Shown here one piece after another: positions 7,999 through 18,221 of a stretch of DNA of 64,000 nt; position 1 is the first letter of the stretch, and each line of letters opens with the position of its first letter. Made by a program: the position numbers and the translations under genes. Origin of the DNA: a bacterium (lineage in GTDB: Bacteria; SAR324; XYD2-FULL-50-16); the NCBI GenBank assembly GCA_032250835.1, contig JAVVEA010000007.1:80487-144486 (forward strand). Direction: 5' to 3'. Under the pieces are notes generated by a model. It was not told the origin of the DNA, made no database searches, and saw only the letters and a list, made by a program, of their open reading frames with translations.

Positions 7999-10277
7999 GA
8001 AGCCGTTGCCCGTTGGTGGGCCAAGTCGCTGATCAGCTTTTGTAGCTGGGTCACATTGATCCGGCTCGCCGGATCGGGCACCTTTTCTCGTCCTTTGATC
8101 CGCAAATCGTTAGTGGGCACCGGATTGACCACCGAGTTCAAGGCTAACAGGGCCTTGGCCAAGGGCGGCTGGAGCGGGACCGACTTGGGGTTGAGCGGCG
8201 AAGTCACCTTAAGTTGCAGGAGATGGAACAGCGTTGCGTTGGTCAAGGAAAGCTCAAAGAGGTCGCTCACCGGAATCAAGTGCTGCAACACCACCAACTT
8301 GGAGGTGAAAAGATCGGGCTTTAGCTGGGCCAATTTTGCCTTGAGCCGCTCGATCATCATCTTGTTTTCCTCCAACTCCTCTTGACTCAACTCCAGTTTA
8401 ACGCCGTCTTCAGGGGAAGATTTTTTTAGCGACTGGATCAGCTTCGTCTTGTCTTGGATGCTCGGGTGCAGGACCTCAAAGAGGGCGGCATAGAGCGGTT
8501 CCAGATCTTTGAGATAGTCTTTTTCTAATTCGTCGACCACAAAGGCGGTAAACTCGGCCAAGAAGACTTCTTCGGAGTCCAGCTGGTTAGCCAGCTGGGT
8601 GATCAACCCGGCAGAAACGCCCTTTTTGCGGGCCTGCTCGCGGGCCACTTCTTCGAACAATGCCTTCAAGCGCCGTTTTTGGGTCGCGAGGTCGGCCATG
8701 GCATCGGCCAGGATCGACTTACCCCGTTCTTCCACCTGGGTCTTAAATTTCTCGATGTCCGCTTCAAAGACTTGGGCGCTATCTTCTTGCTTCATGCGGC
8801 GCAATTTTTTGACCTTACGGTCCATTTCCCGCAATTTCTTTTCCGCCTGTTTTTTCAGTTCCACCACCCGGTTCTGGGCCAGGGCCTTGTCCCCTAAAAC
8901 CCGCTCTTTAAAGCGCTCCAGCAGCAATTTGCGGGAGTGGCGCTGGGCGTCGGAACAGAGCATCATCTGGTTGAGCAGGAACATCATGCCGTAATAACGG
9001 AAGGATTTGTCCACATGGGGGCGCTCCCATTCAGGTTCGCCTTCTTCGGCCGGAGCCGGAGCCGGTTCGGGGGCTTCTGCGGCCTCAGTAGCGCCTTCTT
9101 CTCCTGTTTCATTAGGCACCGGGACAGCTGCCGGCGGTAGTGGGCGGATGTCGAATAGATAAAGCTTGAGGAACTCGCCCCACTCGCTATTTAATTCCGG
9201 TACGCGGTCGATGCGAAAGGTGAGGGCATGGCGCTGGATCATCGCCAAATTATAACTCCAAGATTCATAGATCGCTTTCGCACCGTCTATACGGATCTTC
9301 GGCGGGTCGGCGTCACGCTTTTTTACATATTCCTGGTAGGGAGCCCCGAAGGCTTTTTTGGTACGGTCCGTCTCAAAACTGCCCAGGAAGATATTTTTGT
9401 TTTCAATCGCCTTGGCGATGGCCGGACGGAAGATGTCGCTTAAGTAGCGGATGGCTCGCTTGTTGGGCGTCGAAAAGACCAAAAGGGCGAAGTATTTAAA
9501 GAGGAACTGCTCGGTCGCTTCGTAGATCAGGTGATAAAGGTAGAGGGTCTTGACCTGATCATCAAAGGACTCCGCCCCAAAGGCGTCATCGAAGGTGTCT
9601 TGTTCTTGGGTGGCGTCTTTGCTGAGCGAGGCTTTACCGAACTTGAAGGGAACAAAGTTTTCGACAAACTTATTTAGGTCGTTTTTCAGGGGCTCTAAAG
9701 CGGCAGCCACTTCCTGATACTCCGAGTTTTCTTCGATTTTGCGTAGGTAAAAACAAAGCTTGTTGGCGTCCCAGTTGGTCGGGTCAGCGTAGAAACAGAC
9801 CACTTTGAACATCAACTTGGCCACGAGACCCTCAGAGTGTCGCGGTGTGGCGACCCCTTTTTCGCGGATCATTTTGGCGTTGAGCAAGAACTTGATCGGT
9901 GTCCACTGGATGATGAAAGCGTCAAGATTGGGCGGCAGACTGACCACCTCTCCTTCGCCGGCTGTCTCGGGTAGGTCGGGGATGCCGGTTTTAACGCCGC
10001 CTTTACTTTTGACGTCTGCTGCAGAAGCCTTAAAAGTAGACCAAAAAGCCTTGCGTGCTGTTTTTGAGGTGAATCTCAAGGCCGACTGGGTGGCCTTCAT
10101 CTGCTCAGCCAAGCTGGCTTCGCCGAGTAGGTGGAAACTCTTTTCTGTGCTTTTGATCTTCTTGAAATAGATCCACTTCGCGCCCAGCATTCGTTCTGCG
10201 CTGAGCTTCAAGAGGGACATCCGGTCTGCCGGACTCTGCCTTGAAAGGGGCTTCTTTTTCTTGAGGAAGTCGATCAT
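7995..10277 (-). CDS. Large hypothetical protein (760 aa) with coiled-coil region
   Basis: Long uninterrupted ORF; K/E-rich helical segment; no recognised motif. Confidence 0.75.
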   Translation of the reverse strand: MIDFLKKKKPLSRQSPADRMSLLKLSAERMLGAKWIYFKKIKSTEKSFHLLGEASLAEQMKATQSALRFTSKTARKAFWSTFKASAADVKSKGGVKTGIPDLPETAGEGEVVSLPPNLDAFIIQWTPIKFLLNAKMIREKGVATPRHSEGLVAKLMFKVVCFYADPTNWDANKLCFYLRKIEENSEYQEVAAALEPLKNDLNKFVENFVPFKFGKASLSKDATQEQDTFDDAFGAESFDDQVKTLYLYHLIYEATEQFLFKYFALLVFSTPNKRAIRYLSDIFRPAIAKAIENKNIFLGSFETDRTKKAFGAPYQEYVKKRDADPPKIRIDGAKAIYESWSYNLAMIQRHALTFRIDRVPELNSEWGEFLKLYLFDIRPLPPAAVPVPNETGEEGATEAAEAPEPAPAPAEEGEPEWERPHVDKSFRYYGMMFLLNQMMLCSDAQRHSRKLLLERFKERVLGDKALAQNRVVELKKQAEKKLREMDRKVKKLRRMKQEDSAQVFEADIEKFKTQVEERGKSILADAMADLATQKRRLKALFEEVAREQARKKGVSAGLITQLANQLDSEEVFLAEFTAFVVDELEKDYLKDLEPLYAALFEVLHPSIQDKTKLIQSLKKSSPEDGVKLELSQEELEENKMMIERLKAKLAQLKPDLFTSKLVVLQHLIPVSDLFELSLTNATLFHLLQLKVTSPLNPKSVPLQPPLAKALLALNSVVNPVPTNDLRIKGREKVPDPASRINVTQLQKLISDLAHQRATAS

Positions 10278-10471
10278 ACCAACCTAGCGGTTTGGGTTCG
10301 GAGGTCCCCCTCGAGTAGGGGATCGTCCTGCGGGCCGATGCAGAGATCATGCCTAGTAGTTAAGCCTGCCAGCGCCCCCGCCTAGCGGAGGCTTCCCTAA
10401 AAGTCCAAAAAAACTGGCCAAATTCCTGCGAGCCCGCTAATATTGCCCCTAATCCCCCAAGTGATGGAACG

Positions 10472-11341
10472 ATGCAACCACAACGCAATCTGGAACTGGA
10501 AAAAGGCCGACTCGCGGCGATACGTGCCTGCAAAGAGGACATTGAAGAAATCCTCTCATTAGGTCGCGAGTTGATGACCTCCTTGTTCCCAGAAGCCAAA
10601 ATCACCCCCGGCGAAGGTAAAAGCTTCGACGCCCACAAGGTGGTTGACTACAAACTCAATAAAATCCGCGCCTGGGTCACCCAAGTGTTAAACGACGGCT
10701 TGACGCTTGCCGCCGCTACCGAGCCGATAGAGATCTTCCCAGAGACCATTCGCCTGCCCCACGCGGTAGCTGAAGAGGTGTTAGAAACCCTGGTGGTGAT
10801 CTTCACCCATGGGCGGGACTTGGCTGACAACGACTATTATTACATAAGTGACCTTGCCAACGCCATAGGTTTGGAAGTTCCCGCCGTTTCCAAAGTAATT
10901 GAACAAACCCAATACGAAATCCGCAAGGCCTTTTTTTCCGGACTACTGGCCGAGTTGGATGACCAGCAGTGCTTTAACTGCGCGGTTTTGTTGATGAAGG
11001 CGATCCAAGCCGACGAGGAACTGCACCCCGCCGAGTTCAAATATGTCGAAAACATCGCCCAGCTGTTAGAGAACGATCAATCGCGCATTGAAGAGGTGGA
11101 ACGCTTCTGTAGCGAGCGCGACGAACTCCCTCGGGTTTTCTTGCCCGAAGACATTGCCGCCTATATGTATAAATATCTAGCGGAAATCGTGATGTGCGGC
11201 GGGGACTATGACTCCCGTGAAACGGCCTTTATTAAGGAAGTGGGTGAGGCCTTCGGTTTCGACCACCACCGCCAAGACGAGATCATCCAGCCGGTGGCCG
11301 CCGCCCTGATGACCAAGGCAGCGCTGTTCCCCAAAAATTAA
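10472..11341 (+). CDS. TerB-like repeat protein
   Basis: Repeated TerB-like motifs ADEELHPAEFKYV and GGDYDSRETAFIKEVGEAFG. Confidence 0.6.
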   Translation: MQPQRNLELEKGRLAAIRACKEDIEEILSLGRELMTSLFPEAKITPGEGKSFDAHKVVDYKLNKIRAWVTQVLNDGLTLAAATEPIEIFPETIRLPHAVAEEVLETLVVIFTHGRDLADNDYYYISDLANAIGLEVPAVSKVIEQTQYEIRKAFFSGLLAELDDQQCFNCAVLLMKAIQADEELHPAEFKYVENIAQLLENDQSRIEEVERFCSERDELPRVFLPEDIAAYMYKYLAEIVMCGGDYDSRETAFIKEVGEAFGFDHHRQDEIIQPVAAALMTKAALFPKN

Positions 11342-11721
11342 GGAACCTTCGGCAGCCCTCCAGACGCACCCCGGTAGAGGTGATAAATCTTCTTAAAACC
11401 CAACTGGTTTAACAGCCGCATAGCATCCGAAGAACGGCCACCGGTCTGGCAATAGACCAGATAGGCAAGGTTGCGGTCCAGTTGCTCTAGCTGACCTTGG
11501 AAGCTTTTGTCATAGTAGTTAAAATTCAACGCCCCGTTGATATGGCCCGAGTTGAACTCACCGGGCGTGCGCAGATCAAGCGCCTGAACGGGCTGGGCAC
11601 TAAGCAACTGCGCGGCTTGATCCCTGTTGACGTCGATTACGTTTTCATAAACCGGTGCCTGATCACAAGCAGCCAAACCCAACGCCACCAGCAGCAATAA
11701 ACTGGTCAACCAACCTTTCAT
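11338..11721 (-). CDS. Rhodanese-like lipoprotein
   Basis: Lipobox LAAC; LDLRTPGEFNSGHINGA; VYCQTGGRS active-site loop. Confidence 0.85.
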   Translation of the reverse strand: MKGWLTSLLLLVALGLAACDQAPVYENVIDVNRDQAAQLLSAQPVQALDLRTPGEFNSGHINGALNFNYYDKSFQGQLEQLDRNLAYLVYCQTGGRSSDAMRLLNQLGFKKIYHLYRGASGGLPKVP

Positions 11722-11743
11722 AAGCTTCCTATTTTTAGCGAAC

Positions 11744-12601
11744 ATGAACCAAACCACCCTTAAGGACAGTCTGATGATTACCGGCGGCGTTGGCCTGCAT
11801 TCAGGCCGCCCGACGCGACTGGTCTTTTATCCTGGCCAAGCGGATCAGGGGATCGTCTTCCACCGGCTGGATAAGGATGTCAAAATCCCGGCAACCTATC
11901 AATACGCAAAGACCAGCCCCCTGTGCACCACCTTACAACACCAAGGCGTTGAGTTGCAGACCGTGGAACATTTGCTGTCCGTTTGCAACGGCATGGGCAT
12001 CGACAACCTGGAGGTGGAACTCGAAAGCGAAGAGGTGCCCATCTTTGACGGCTCTGGCTTTGAGTTCTTCCAACGCTTCAGCGAAGTGGGCCTTCAACAG
12101 TTAGACCAACCCCGCAAAGCCATCAAACTAACCAAGCCGGTCCGTTACGCCCAAGGGGAAATCGAAATCCTGGCCACCCCGGCCGACTCGCCGAGTTTCA
12201 CCTTCTCCATCGATTTCGACCACGCGCAGGTAGGGGCCCAGGAGTTCCAATTCAGTTTCACCGAAGCGAACTATAAAGACCAAATCGTCCAGGCCAAAAC
12301 CTTCTGCTTAGAGCGAGACGTTGAGGCGGCCCGCGCCGCCGGATTGATCAAGGGCGGCAGCGAAGAAAACGCCATCGTCTTAGGCCGCGATGGGCAGTTT
12401 AAAAACATGGAAGTGATGACTTGGCTCAACGAGCCGAACCTGCACAAAATCTTAGATCAAATCGGTGACTTCTTCTTAGCCGACAACCGCCGCCTGATCG
12501 CCGCCGTCTTCAGCCACAAGTCCGGCCACGCCGCCAACCTCCAATTTATCCGCCACCTAATGTTAGAGCGCCAAGACGCCTGGGAGTTGGTGGAGCTTTA
12601 A
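11744..12601 (+). CDS. lpxC: UDP-3-O-acyl-GlcNAc deacetylase
   Basis: GVGLHSG, TVEHLLS, EVPIFDGS, HKILDQIGD and SGH motifs. Confidence 0.95.
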   Translation: MNQTTLKDSLMITGGVGLHSGRPTRLVFYPGQADQGIVFHRLDKDVKIPATYQYAKTSPLCTTLQHQGVELQTVEHLLSVCNGMGIDNLEVELESEEVPIFDGSGFEFFQRFSEVGLQQLDQPRKAIKLTKPVRYAQGEIEILATPADSPSFTFSIDFDHAQVGAQEFQFSFTEANYKDQIVQAKTFCLERDVEAARAAGLIKGGSEENAIVLGRDGQFKNMEVMTWLNEPNLHKILDQIGDFFLADNRRLIAAVFSHKSGHAANLQFIRHLMLERQDAWELVEL

Positions 12602-13276
12602 TCAATAGGAAAAGCCTAATAAAAGGGCACCCGGCCAATGTTTACCGCTCCAACCCAAGCCTTGCTGGCCTGACTCGTCAAGCCGCAAATAGGGAGAGGC
12701 AAAAGCAAAATTCGCTACCTGCCTTTGTTCTTCTATGAATAGGTCGAAATATCGTCCAACTTCCGTTTCTGCAACGTTTTGTTGAAACTTAGGAACAACC
12801 AAAACCAGCACTAGCCGATGGTCAAATCCCTCTCCTGCAGTGAGTTCCAATACTTGGTTTTTGGCTTCGTTAATTTTCGCAGTTATCGCTGCGGAATGTG
12901 CGTCAACCTTATTGGCACCGAGGGGAATGTCCAACTGAATTTTTTTTGCTTCCGCTACGTAGCGTTTTCCCGACAATTCAAACCAAAGGTCAGGTTTGCG
13001 ATATTCCGCTGAATTTTCATTTTCAACCTTTCGTTTTTTGATTGCACCGGGTTTTACGTTGTAGGTAATATAGTCTTGGACCGCTAGCCCGCCGACTTGC
13101 CATACGGCAGCAGACAAGGTGCCCACCACCGCTGTTTCATTGTACGCGAAGAGAGCATCATCTGTTTCAAAATACCGGTCAAAGTTAGCTAAATTAGTCC
13201 GCCACTGATACAAGAAACGATCAAAAGCGTAACCGGCTACTTCTTCCCAATCTGGCGAATAAATATTGGTTTTCAT
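12602..13276 (-). CDS. Orphan PD-(D/E)xK-like nuclease-fold protein
   Basis: YNE...KPDLWFELSGKRYVAEAKK; visibly AT-richer than the flanking genes. Confidence 0.55.
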   Translation of the reverse strand: MKTNIYSPDWEEVAGYAFDRFLYQWRTNLANFDRYFETDDALFAYNETAVVGTLSAAVWQVGGLAVQDYITYNVKPGAIKKRKVENENSAEYRKPDLWFELSGKRYVAEAKKIQLDIPLGANKVDAHSAAITAKINEAKNQVLELTAGEGFDHRLVLVLVVPKFQQNVAETEVGRYFDLFIEEQRQVANFAFASPYLRLDESGQQGLGWSGKHWPGALLLGFSY

Positions 13277-13305
13277 TTCTCCCTCTAAACTTGTTTTTCC
13301 TTTTT

Positions 13306-14592
13306 TCAGAGAATCTGATCCAAGGATTTTTTAAAGGCCTTGGCGGTCGCTTCTAGGTCTGCTTCGCTGTGGGCGGCGGACATGAAGGCGGCTTCGAAGG
13401 CCGAAGGGGCCATGTAGACGCCATGGGTCAGCATGGCGCGGAAGTATTTGCCGTAGCGTTCGGTGTGGTTGCCCAGGGCGTCTTCGTAGTTGTGGATCGG
13501 TTTTTCGGTGAAGTAAAAGCCGAACATGGTGCCCACCGCTTCAATCTGGTGCGGTACGCCGCGCTTGGTGAGGGCGTCGGCCATTTCGTTTTTCAGCCAG
13601 GTGGTCTTCTGACCCAAGTCTTCGTAAAAGCCCGGTTTGTCCAATTCGCGCAGCGTCACCAATCCGGCGGCCATGGCCATGGGGTTGCCGCTGAGCGTAC
13701 CGGCTTGGTAGATGTCCCCGGCCGGAGAGATGCGCGACATCACGTCGGCGCGGCCCCCATAGGCCCCCACCGGCATCCCGCCGCCGATCACCTTGCCTAG
13801 CGTGGTCAAGTCCGGAGTGATGTGGAACAGCTCTTGAGCACCGCCCTTAGAGGCCCTAAAGCCGCTCATCACCTCATCAAAAATCAACAGAATCCCTTCG
13901 CGGTCACAAAGCTCGCGTAGGCCCTGCAAAAAGCCGGGCACCGGGGGCACCACGCCCATATTGCCGGCCACCGGCTCTAAGATAATGGCCGCCACTTCGC
14001 CGGAGTTGTGTTCGATCAACTCTTCAACGGAGCCCAAGTTGTTGTATTGGGCCAGCAGGGTCAGTGCCGCAAAGTCGGCGGGAACGCCGGGGCTATCGGG
14101 AGCGCCCAAAGTGGTCGCCCCAGAACCGGCCTTGACCAACAAATAGTCCGCATGTCCGTGGTAACAGCCGCTGAACTTGATGATCTTGTCGCGGCCCGTG
14201 TAGCCCCTAGCCAAGCGCAGAGCGCTCATGGTGGCTTCGGTGCCGCTGTTGACCATCCGCACCATCTCCATCGAGGGCACCAGCTTGTTGATCAACTGGG
14301 CCAGCTCAATTTCGCTAGCCGTAGGGGCCCCAAAGCTGAGCCCGTCTTTCATAGTTTTTTCCAGCTGGTCTAAGACCACCTGGGGCGCATGGCCCAAGAT
14401 CAGCGGGCCCCAGCTGCCTACGTAGTCGATGAAGCGGTTGCCGTCTACGTCGATGATGTGGCTGCCCTCGCCTTTGGCAATAAACAGCGGGTCTCCGCCG
14501 ACGCCTTTAAAGGCGCGCACCGGCGAGTTGACGCCACCGGGGATCAGTTTTTGGGCTTGGGTGAAGAGTTCTCTAGACTTGCTGACCAACAT
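13306..14592 (-). CDS. hemL: Glutamate-1-semialdehyde 2,1-aminomutase
   Basis: PGGVNSPVRAF, SGTEATMSA, FDEVMSGFR, LGKVIGGGMPVGAYGG, QAGTLSGNP. Confidence 0.97.
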   Translation of the reverse strand: MLVSKSRELFTQAQKLIPGGVNSPVRAFKGVGGDPLFIAKGEGSHIIDVDGNRFIDYVGSWGPLILGHAPQVVLDQLEKTMKDGLSFGAPTASEIELAQLINKLVPSMEMVRMVNSGTEATMSALRLARGYTGRDKIIKFSGCYHGHADYLLVKAGSGATTLGAPDSPGVPADFAALTLLAQYNNLGSVEELIEHNSGEVAAIILEPVAGNMGVVPPVPGFLQGLRELCDREGILLIFDEVMSGFRASKGGAQELFHITPDLTTLGKVIGGGMPVGAYGGRADVMSRISPAGDIYQAGTLSGNPMAMAAGLVTLRELDKPGFYEDLGQKTTWLKNEMADALTKRGVPHQIEAVGTMFGFYFTEKPIHNYEDALGNHTERYGKYFRAMLTHGVYMAPSAFEAAFMSAAHSEADLEATAKAFKKSLDQIL

Positions 14593-14605
14593 GGGACCTC
14601 GGGGA

Positions 14606-16096
14606 TTAAAAATGATAGCGGAGTTGTGCGCCGTACAGCGAAAACCGGCTGGTTCTCTCGCTGGACGGTGCTAGGTTGTCATTGGCGCTATAGGCCTCTT
14701 CGGGGACAAAATAACCCCAGGCCAAATTAGCGGTCAGGTTTTTATCCATCTCCACCTGATACTCGACGTTAAACTCTTGCCCAATCTTCATCACCCGCTC
14801 ACCGGTATCGTTGATCACCGTTTTATTGTGGGCATATTGGTAGAATCGAATATCCACGCCCCACTGGTTTTCGGGGTTGCGGTAGTTAAAGAAAAGGCTT
14901 TGGTAGTTTAGGTTCGAGACCGAGTGTCCGTCGCCGGAGCCATGTAGGCCGTTAAAGTAAATCAAGGCGTCGCCGTAGAAGCCCTTTTGGACCTCCAAGT
15001 AGTCGGTGCGGTCACGGTCCCAATAGTTTTCGCTTTGGGTTAATTGCTCCCCACCCCGCCCGCTTAGGTAGGTGAGGCGGGTTTGCCAGTTTTCACCCAG
15101 CATATAGCGCTGCTCCAAACGCCAAACGCCGCCCGCTAAGTGGCGGTGGGCCAAAAAGTCGCGTTCGCTGTCGCCCTGATTCCCTTCCCAATAAAACCGG
15201 TCTCCGGCCATACCGGCATAATTGACTAACAGTTGGTAGTCATAGTAATTCCAGGTTCCGTTGACGCCAAAGTATTCCATCTTCTTGTTTTCAAAGTAGA
15301 CGGGCTTACCGTTAGAAGTCGCTTGGTAGCTAGTGCCATTGCCGGTTCTGCCGCCATATAAGGCCAGAGGGATTTCACTACCCCGATAAAAGTGGCGGAA
15401 GATTTCGATATATAAGGCGCTGCGCTGGCGCTCTTTGCTCTCGAAGCTATCAAAGAAGACCTGCCCTTGTTCATAGACCGGGTAGGTTAATTGGGCATAG
15501 AGCAGGTTATCGCCCACGCCCCGGCCAAAGCGAACAGCCCCGATCATATAACACCAAGTCCCGACGCGGCAAGTCTGGCTGAAGCCCTGGGAAATGCCGC
15601 GGTAAGTCAGGCCGAGCTTGTCGCCTAAATCAAATTCCTGTTGCCCCAGACGCAACACCGCAGCAGGGTTGTGTTCGTATTGCAGGTAGGCTTCTTTAAA
15701 GAAGACGTTCATGGCGGTGTCGGTGCTCGAGTCGCCCTGCTCGACGAGTTGGTCCGACTGGTATCCTTCGGCCTGCTCGCTCAAATAGCTGGAGTAGTTG
15801 GCCAGCGTCGCTTTGAGGTGGATATGGTCGTGTAGATTGGAAGTAAAGCTGAGTTCAAAGTCTTGCCGGCTATCGTTGCTTTGGGGCTTGCCGGACAACT
15901 GCAAGCGACGGTCCACCATGCTGGCTTCATAGTTGCCGCTGATGATGGCGTCCTCGATATTCGGACGGGGCGCTTGGCGGGTTTCGTACTCACCCTCTTT
16001 AAGGCTTACGTAGTTTTGCTGTGCCCAAGCGATTTGCCCAAAAAAGAAGACAAAAAGTACGTAAAAAGCGTAGAGTGAAAGCCGTAAATTTTTCAT
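14606..16096 (-). CDS. Probable outer-membrane beta-barrel (alginate-export-like)
   Basis: Signal peptide, alternating aromatic strands, KEAYLQY/LRLGQQ, C-terminal GAQLRYHF ending in Phe. Confidence 0.7.
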   Translation of the reverse strand: MKNLRLSLYAFYVLFVFFFGQIAWAQQNYVSLKEGEYETRQAPRPNIEDAIISGNYEASMVDRRLQLSGKPQSNDSRQDFELSFTSNLHDHIHLKATLANYSSYLSEQAEGYQSDQLVEQGDSSTDTAMNVFFKEAYLQYEHNPAAVLRLGQQEFDLGDKLGLTYRGISQGFSQTCRVGTWCYMIGAVRFGRGVGDNLLYAQLTYPVYEQGQVFFDSFESKERQRSALYIEIFRHFYRGSEIPLALYGGRTGNGTSYQATSNGKPVYFENKKMEYFGVNGTWNYYDYQLLVNYAGMAGDRFYWEGNQGDSERDFLAHRHLAGGVWRLEQRYMLGENWQTRLTYLSGRGGEQLTQSENYWDRDRTDYLEVQKGFYGDALIYFNGLHGSGDGHSVSNLNYQSLFFNYRNPENQWGVDIRFYQYAHNKTVINDTGERVMKIGQEFNVEYQVEMDKNLTANLAWGYFVPEEAYSANDNLAPSSERTSRFSLYGAQLRYHF

Positions 16097-16283
16097 AGAT
16101 GATTCGGACCTTAGGTGCTTCGTTAAGCTTCGATTCTTAACGGAATTTTGCGGCTAAGGCAAACCGAAACCCACCTGTAGCGCCTCTGGGGGCGGGGCGT
16201 TATAGCGGAGCAACCCAGGTTCTGGTATGTTCCTTGCTTATAAGCCTTCCCATAAAACGATATTCAAGGCCTTAGGGAGCAGC

Positions 16284-17729
16284 ATGAACGGACTCTTTCC
16301 GGTGATTACCGAATACCGCATGATGCCGGGTTCGGTACTTTATAGCACCAGCCTCGGTGGCTTGCTGGTGGGTTGTCCACCAGAGGTTTTAAAGACCCTC
16401 TTGGCGGGGCATTTACCGATGCCCAACACGGTCGTACTACCGGGGACATTAACCCGTGGGGCCTCTTCGCAGGCCTGTTTGGAGTTCCCCTTTTATCACT
16501 TCCTTTTTATCCAACAAGGCCTTGCCCAGGGCAAAAAGTTCCGGGTCTTAGGGAGCGCTTCGGTATTAGAGAAGCTCAAGCCCATGCTCCGGGTTACCCT
16601 CACGGGGCCGAACCTAGAAGAGGTCTTGTCCTGTGAGCAGCGTCTGGGGCTGCGGTCGCGCTTGAGTGAAGCGAAGGTCTCAGCTTGGATGAAAGAAGCC
16701 GAGTTCATGGCCCTTAAAGGCGCCGGCGGCAAGAAGTTAGAAATTGAAGACCTGGTGGAGTTTGTACCCTTTGAAATCGGCCAGACTCAGGTGGTCTACC
16801 CTCAACTAGACGCGCAACCGGAAGTGACCATTGAGCGGACCGGCAACAACCAATATGTCTGCCAAACCCAGGGGCAGCGCTTTGAATGTGACCTGGAACA
16901 GGACCCCAAGCCCCAAGAGCCTAGTTATCCAATCAAAGCTGTCCCCACCAGCCCCCAAGAGAAAAGCAGCAAAAAAGCCTTTAATGTCCGCATCCTGGGC
17001 AACAGCGAAGGCTTTGATCCCATCCGCCCGGCCAACGGGCTTTTGCTTAGATTGGGCGGTAAATGGCTGATGTGGGATTGCCCGGCCTATTTGCGCAACC
17101 ACCTTGCCGCCGTGGGGTTGGAATTCAACGATTTGGAAGGTCTGTTCATTAGCCATGTGCACGAAGACCACTTAGAAGTGGGCCAGAGCCTAGAACCGGG
17201 CAAACGGGTAAAGATCTTTAGCAGCCCCGAGATTTTTGACAGCATGCTCTATAAGGTGATGGCCAATTTAGACTGCGACTACGAGACCGCCAGGGGGCAT
17301 TATGAATTCCATCCAGTCTATGCCGACGAGCCCTTCCAGCTTTTAGGTGCAGAATTTGAGGTCTTTTATTCAGTCCATGCCATCCCCGCTTTGGGCCTCA
17401 AGCTGACGCTGCCGCAATCTAAGGGAGCGCCTAAGCGGCTGTTTATTTCTGGTGACCACCAATCTCGGGCCAACATCCGTAAGATGGTAGACGCCGGGGT
17501 GGTCTCCAAAGAACGGGAGCTCCGCTGCCGCGAACAACTAGAAAAAGCCGGCCCCTACGATGCGGTTCTGGTGGACGTCGGGGCGGGCTTGATCCACGGT
17601 GCGCCCGAAGACTACCTTTCATGCGAAGACCCCGTCTATTACATGCACACAGGTAAAGCGCTTAAAGACCTACCCAAAGGCCATCACGCCACCGAGGCGG
17701 GGATGCGGGTCCTGCTGGTACCCGAGTGA
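16284..17729 (+). CDS. Metallo-beta-lactamase fold hydrolase (possible cyclic-nucleotide phosphodiesterase)
   Basis: MWDCP, ISHVHEDH, SVHAIP, ISGD, YYMH metal ligands; GGGAG RBS before ATG 16284. Confidence 0.75.
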   Translation: MNGLFPVITEYRMMPGSVLYSTSLGGLLVGCPPEVLKTLLAGHLPMPNTVVLPGTLTRGASSQACLEFPFYHFLFIQQGLAQGKKFRVLGSASVLEKLKPMLRVTLTGPNLEEVLSCEQRLGLRSRLSEAKVSAWMKEAEFMALKGAGGKKLEIEDLVEFVPFEIGQTQVVYPQLDAQPEVTIERTGNNQYVCQTQGQRFECDLEQDPKPQEPSYPIKAVPTSPQEKSSKKAFNVRILGNSEGFDPIRPANGLLLRLGGKWLMWDCPAYLRNHLAAVGLEFNDLEGLFISHVHEDHLEVGQSLEPGKRVKIFSSPEIFDSMLYKVMANLDCDYETARGHYEFHPVYADEPFQLLGAEFEVFYSVHAIPALGLKLTLPQSKGAPKRLFISGDHQSRANIRKMVDAGVVSKERELRCREQLEKAGPYDAVLVDVGAGLIHGAPEDYLSCEDPVYYMHTGKALKDLPKGHHATEAGMRVLLVPE

Positions 17730-18214
17730 TGTTACGTCTGGCGCTGGCCTTCTGTGCCCTGGTCTGGGCCTTTTCGCTTTTCGCTGAAGAGGGCCGCCAA
17801 CATACGCCCTTAGGGCCCTTCCCGCTCGAAGGAAAGATATATAACGGACAAGGCCAACTAGTCGCCAGCGCCAAAGTATACCCCCGATATGTCGAGATAT
17901 TTGAAGAAGGCCAACTGTTAGGTAAGGTCGGGATTATGGTGGATAAGGGCTGGGCCCATATCCACCTGATCAACCAAGACGACAGCCTAGCCATGGTCGG
18001 CTACGCCCACAAAGGCCGCATCTTCAACAGCAAAGACCAACCTTTAGGCACCTATTTCTGGACGCCAACCTATTCTTACGTATATGATCTAGATGGCAAA
18101 AGGGTGGGACACACCAAGTGCATCGCTTGGCCTAGGGTCTGTTCGGTCGCCGTGGCCGGATACCTGCTCAAGCTGATTCAAGGTCCACCTCCCGAGGCAA
18201 TCCAAACTCCCTAA
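17729..18214 (+). CDS. Hypothetical secreted beta-rich protein
   Basis: Signal peptide; TGATG overlap with the upstream gene. Confidence 0.6.
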   Translation: MLRLALAFCALVWAFSLFAEEGRQHTPLGPFPLEGKIYNGQGQLVASAKVYPRYVEIFEEGQLLGKVGIMVDKGWAHIHLINQDDSLAMVGYAHKGRIFNSKDQPLGTYFWTPTYSYVYDLDGKRVGHTKCIAWPRVCSVAVAGYLLKLIQGPPPEAIQTP

Positions 18215-18221
18215 GAGCCCC

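Noticed and set aside
10278-10471. tRNA or ncRNA in the larger intergenic gaps (also 30020-30224)
   Set aside because: No cloverleaf, T-loop or other recognisable RNA family motif.
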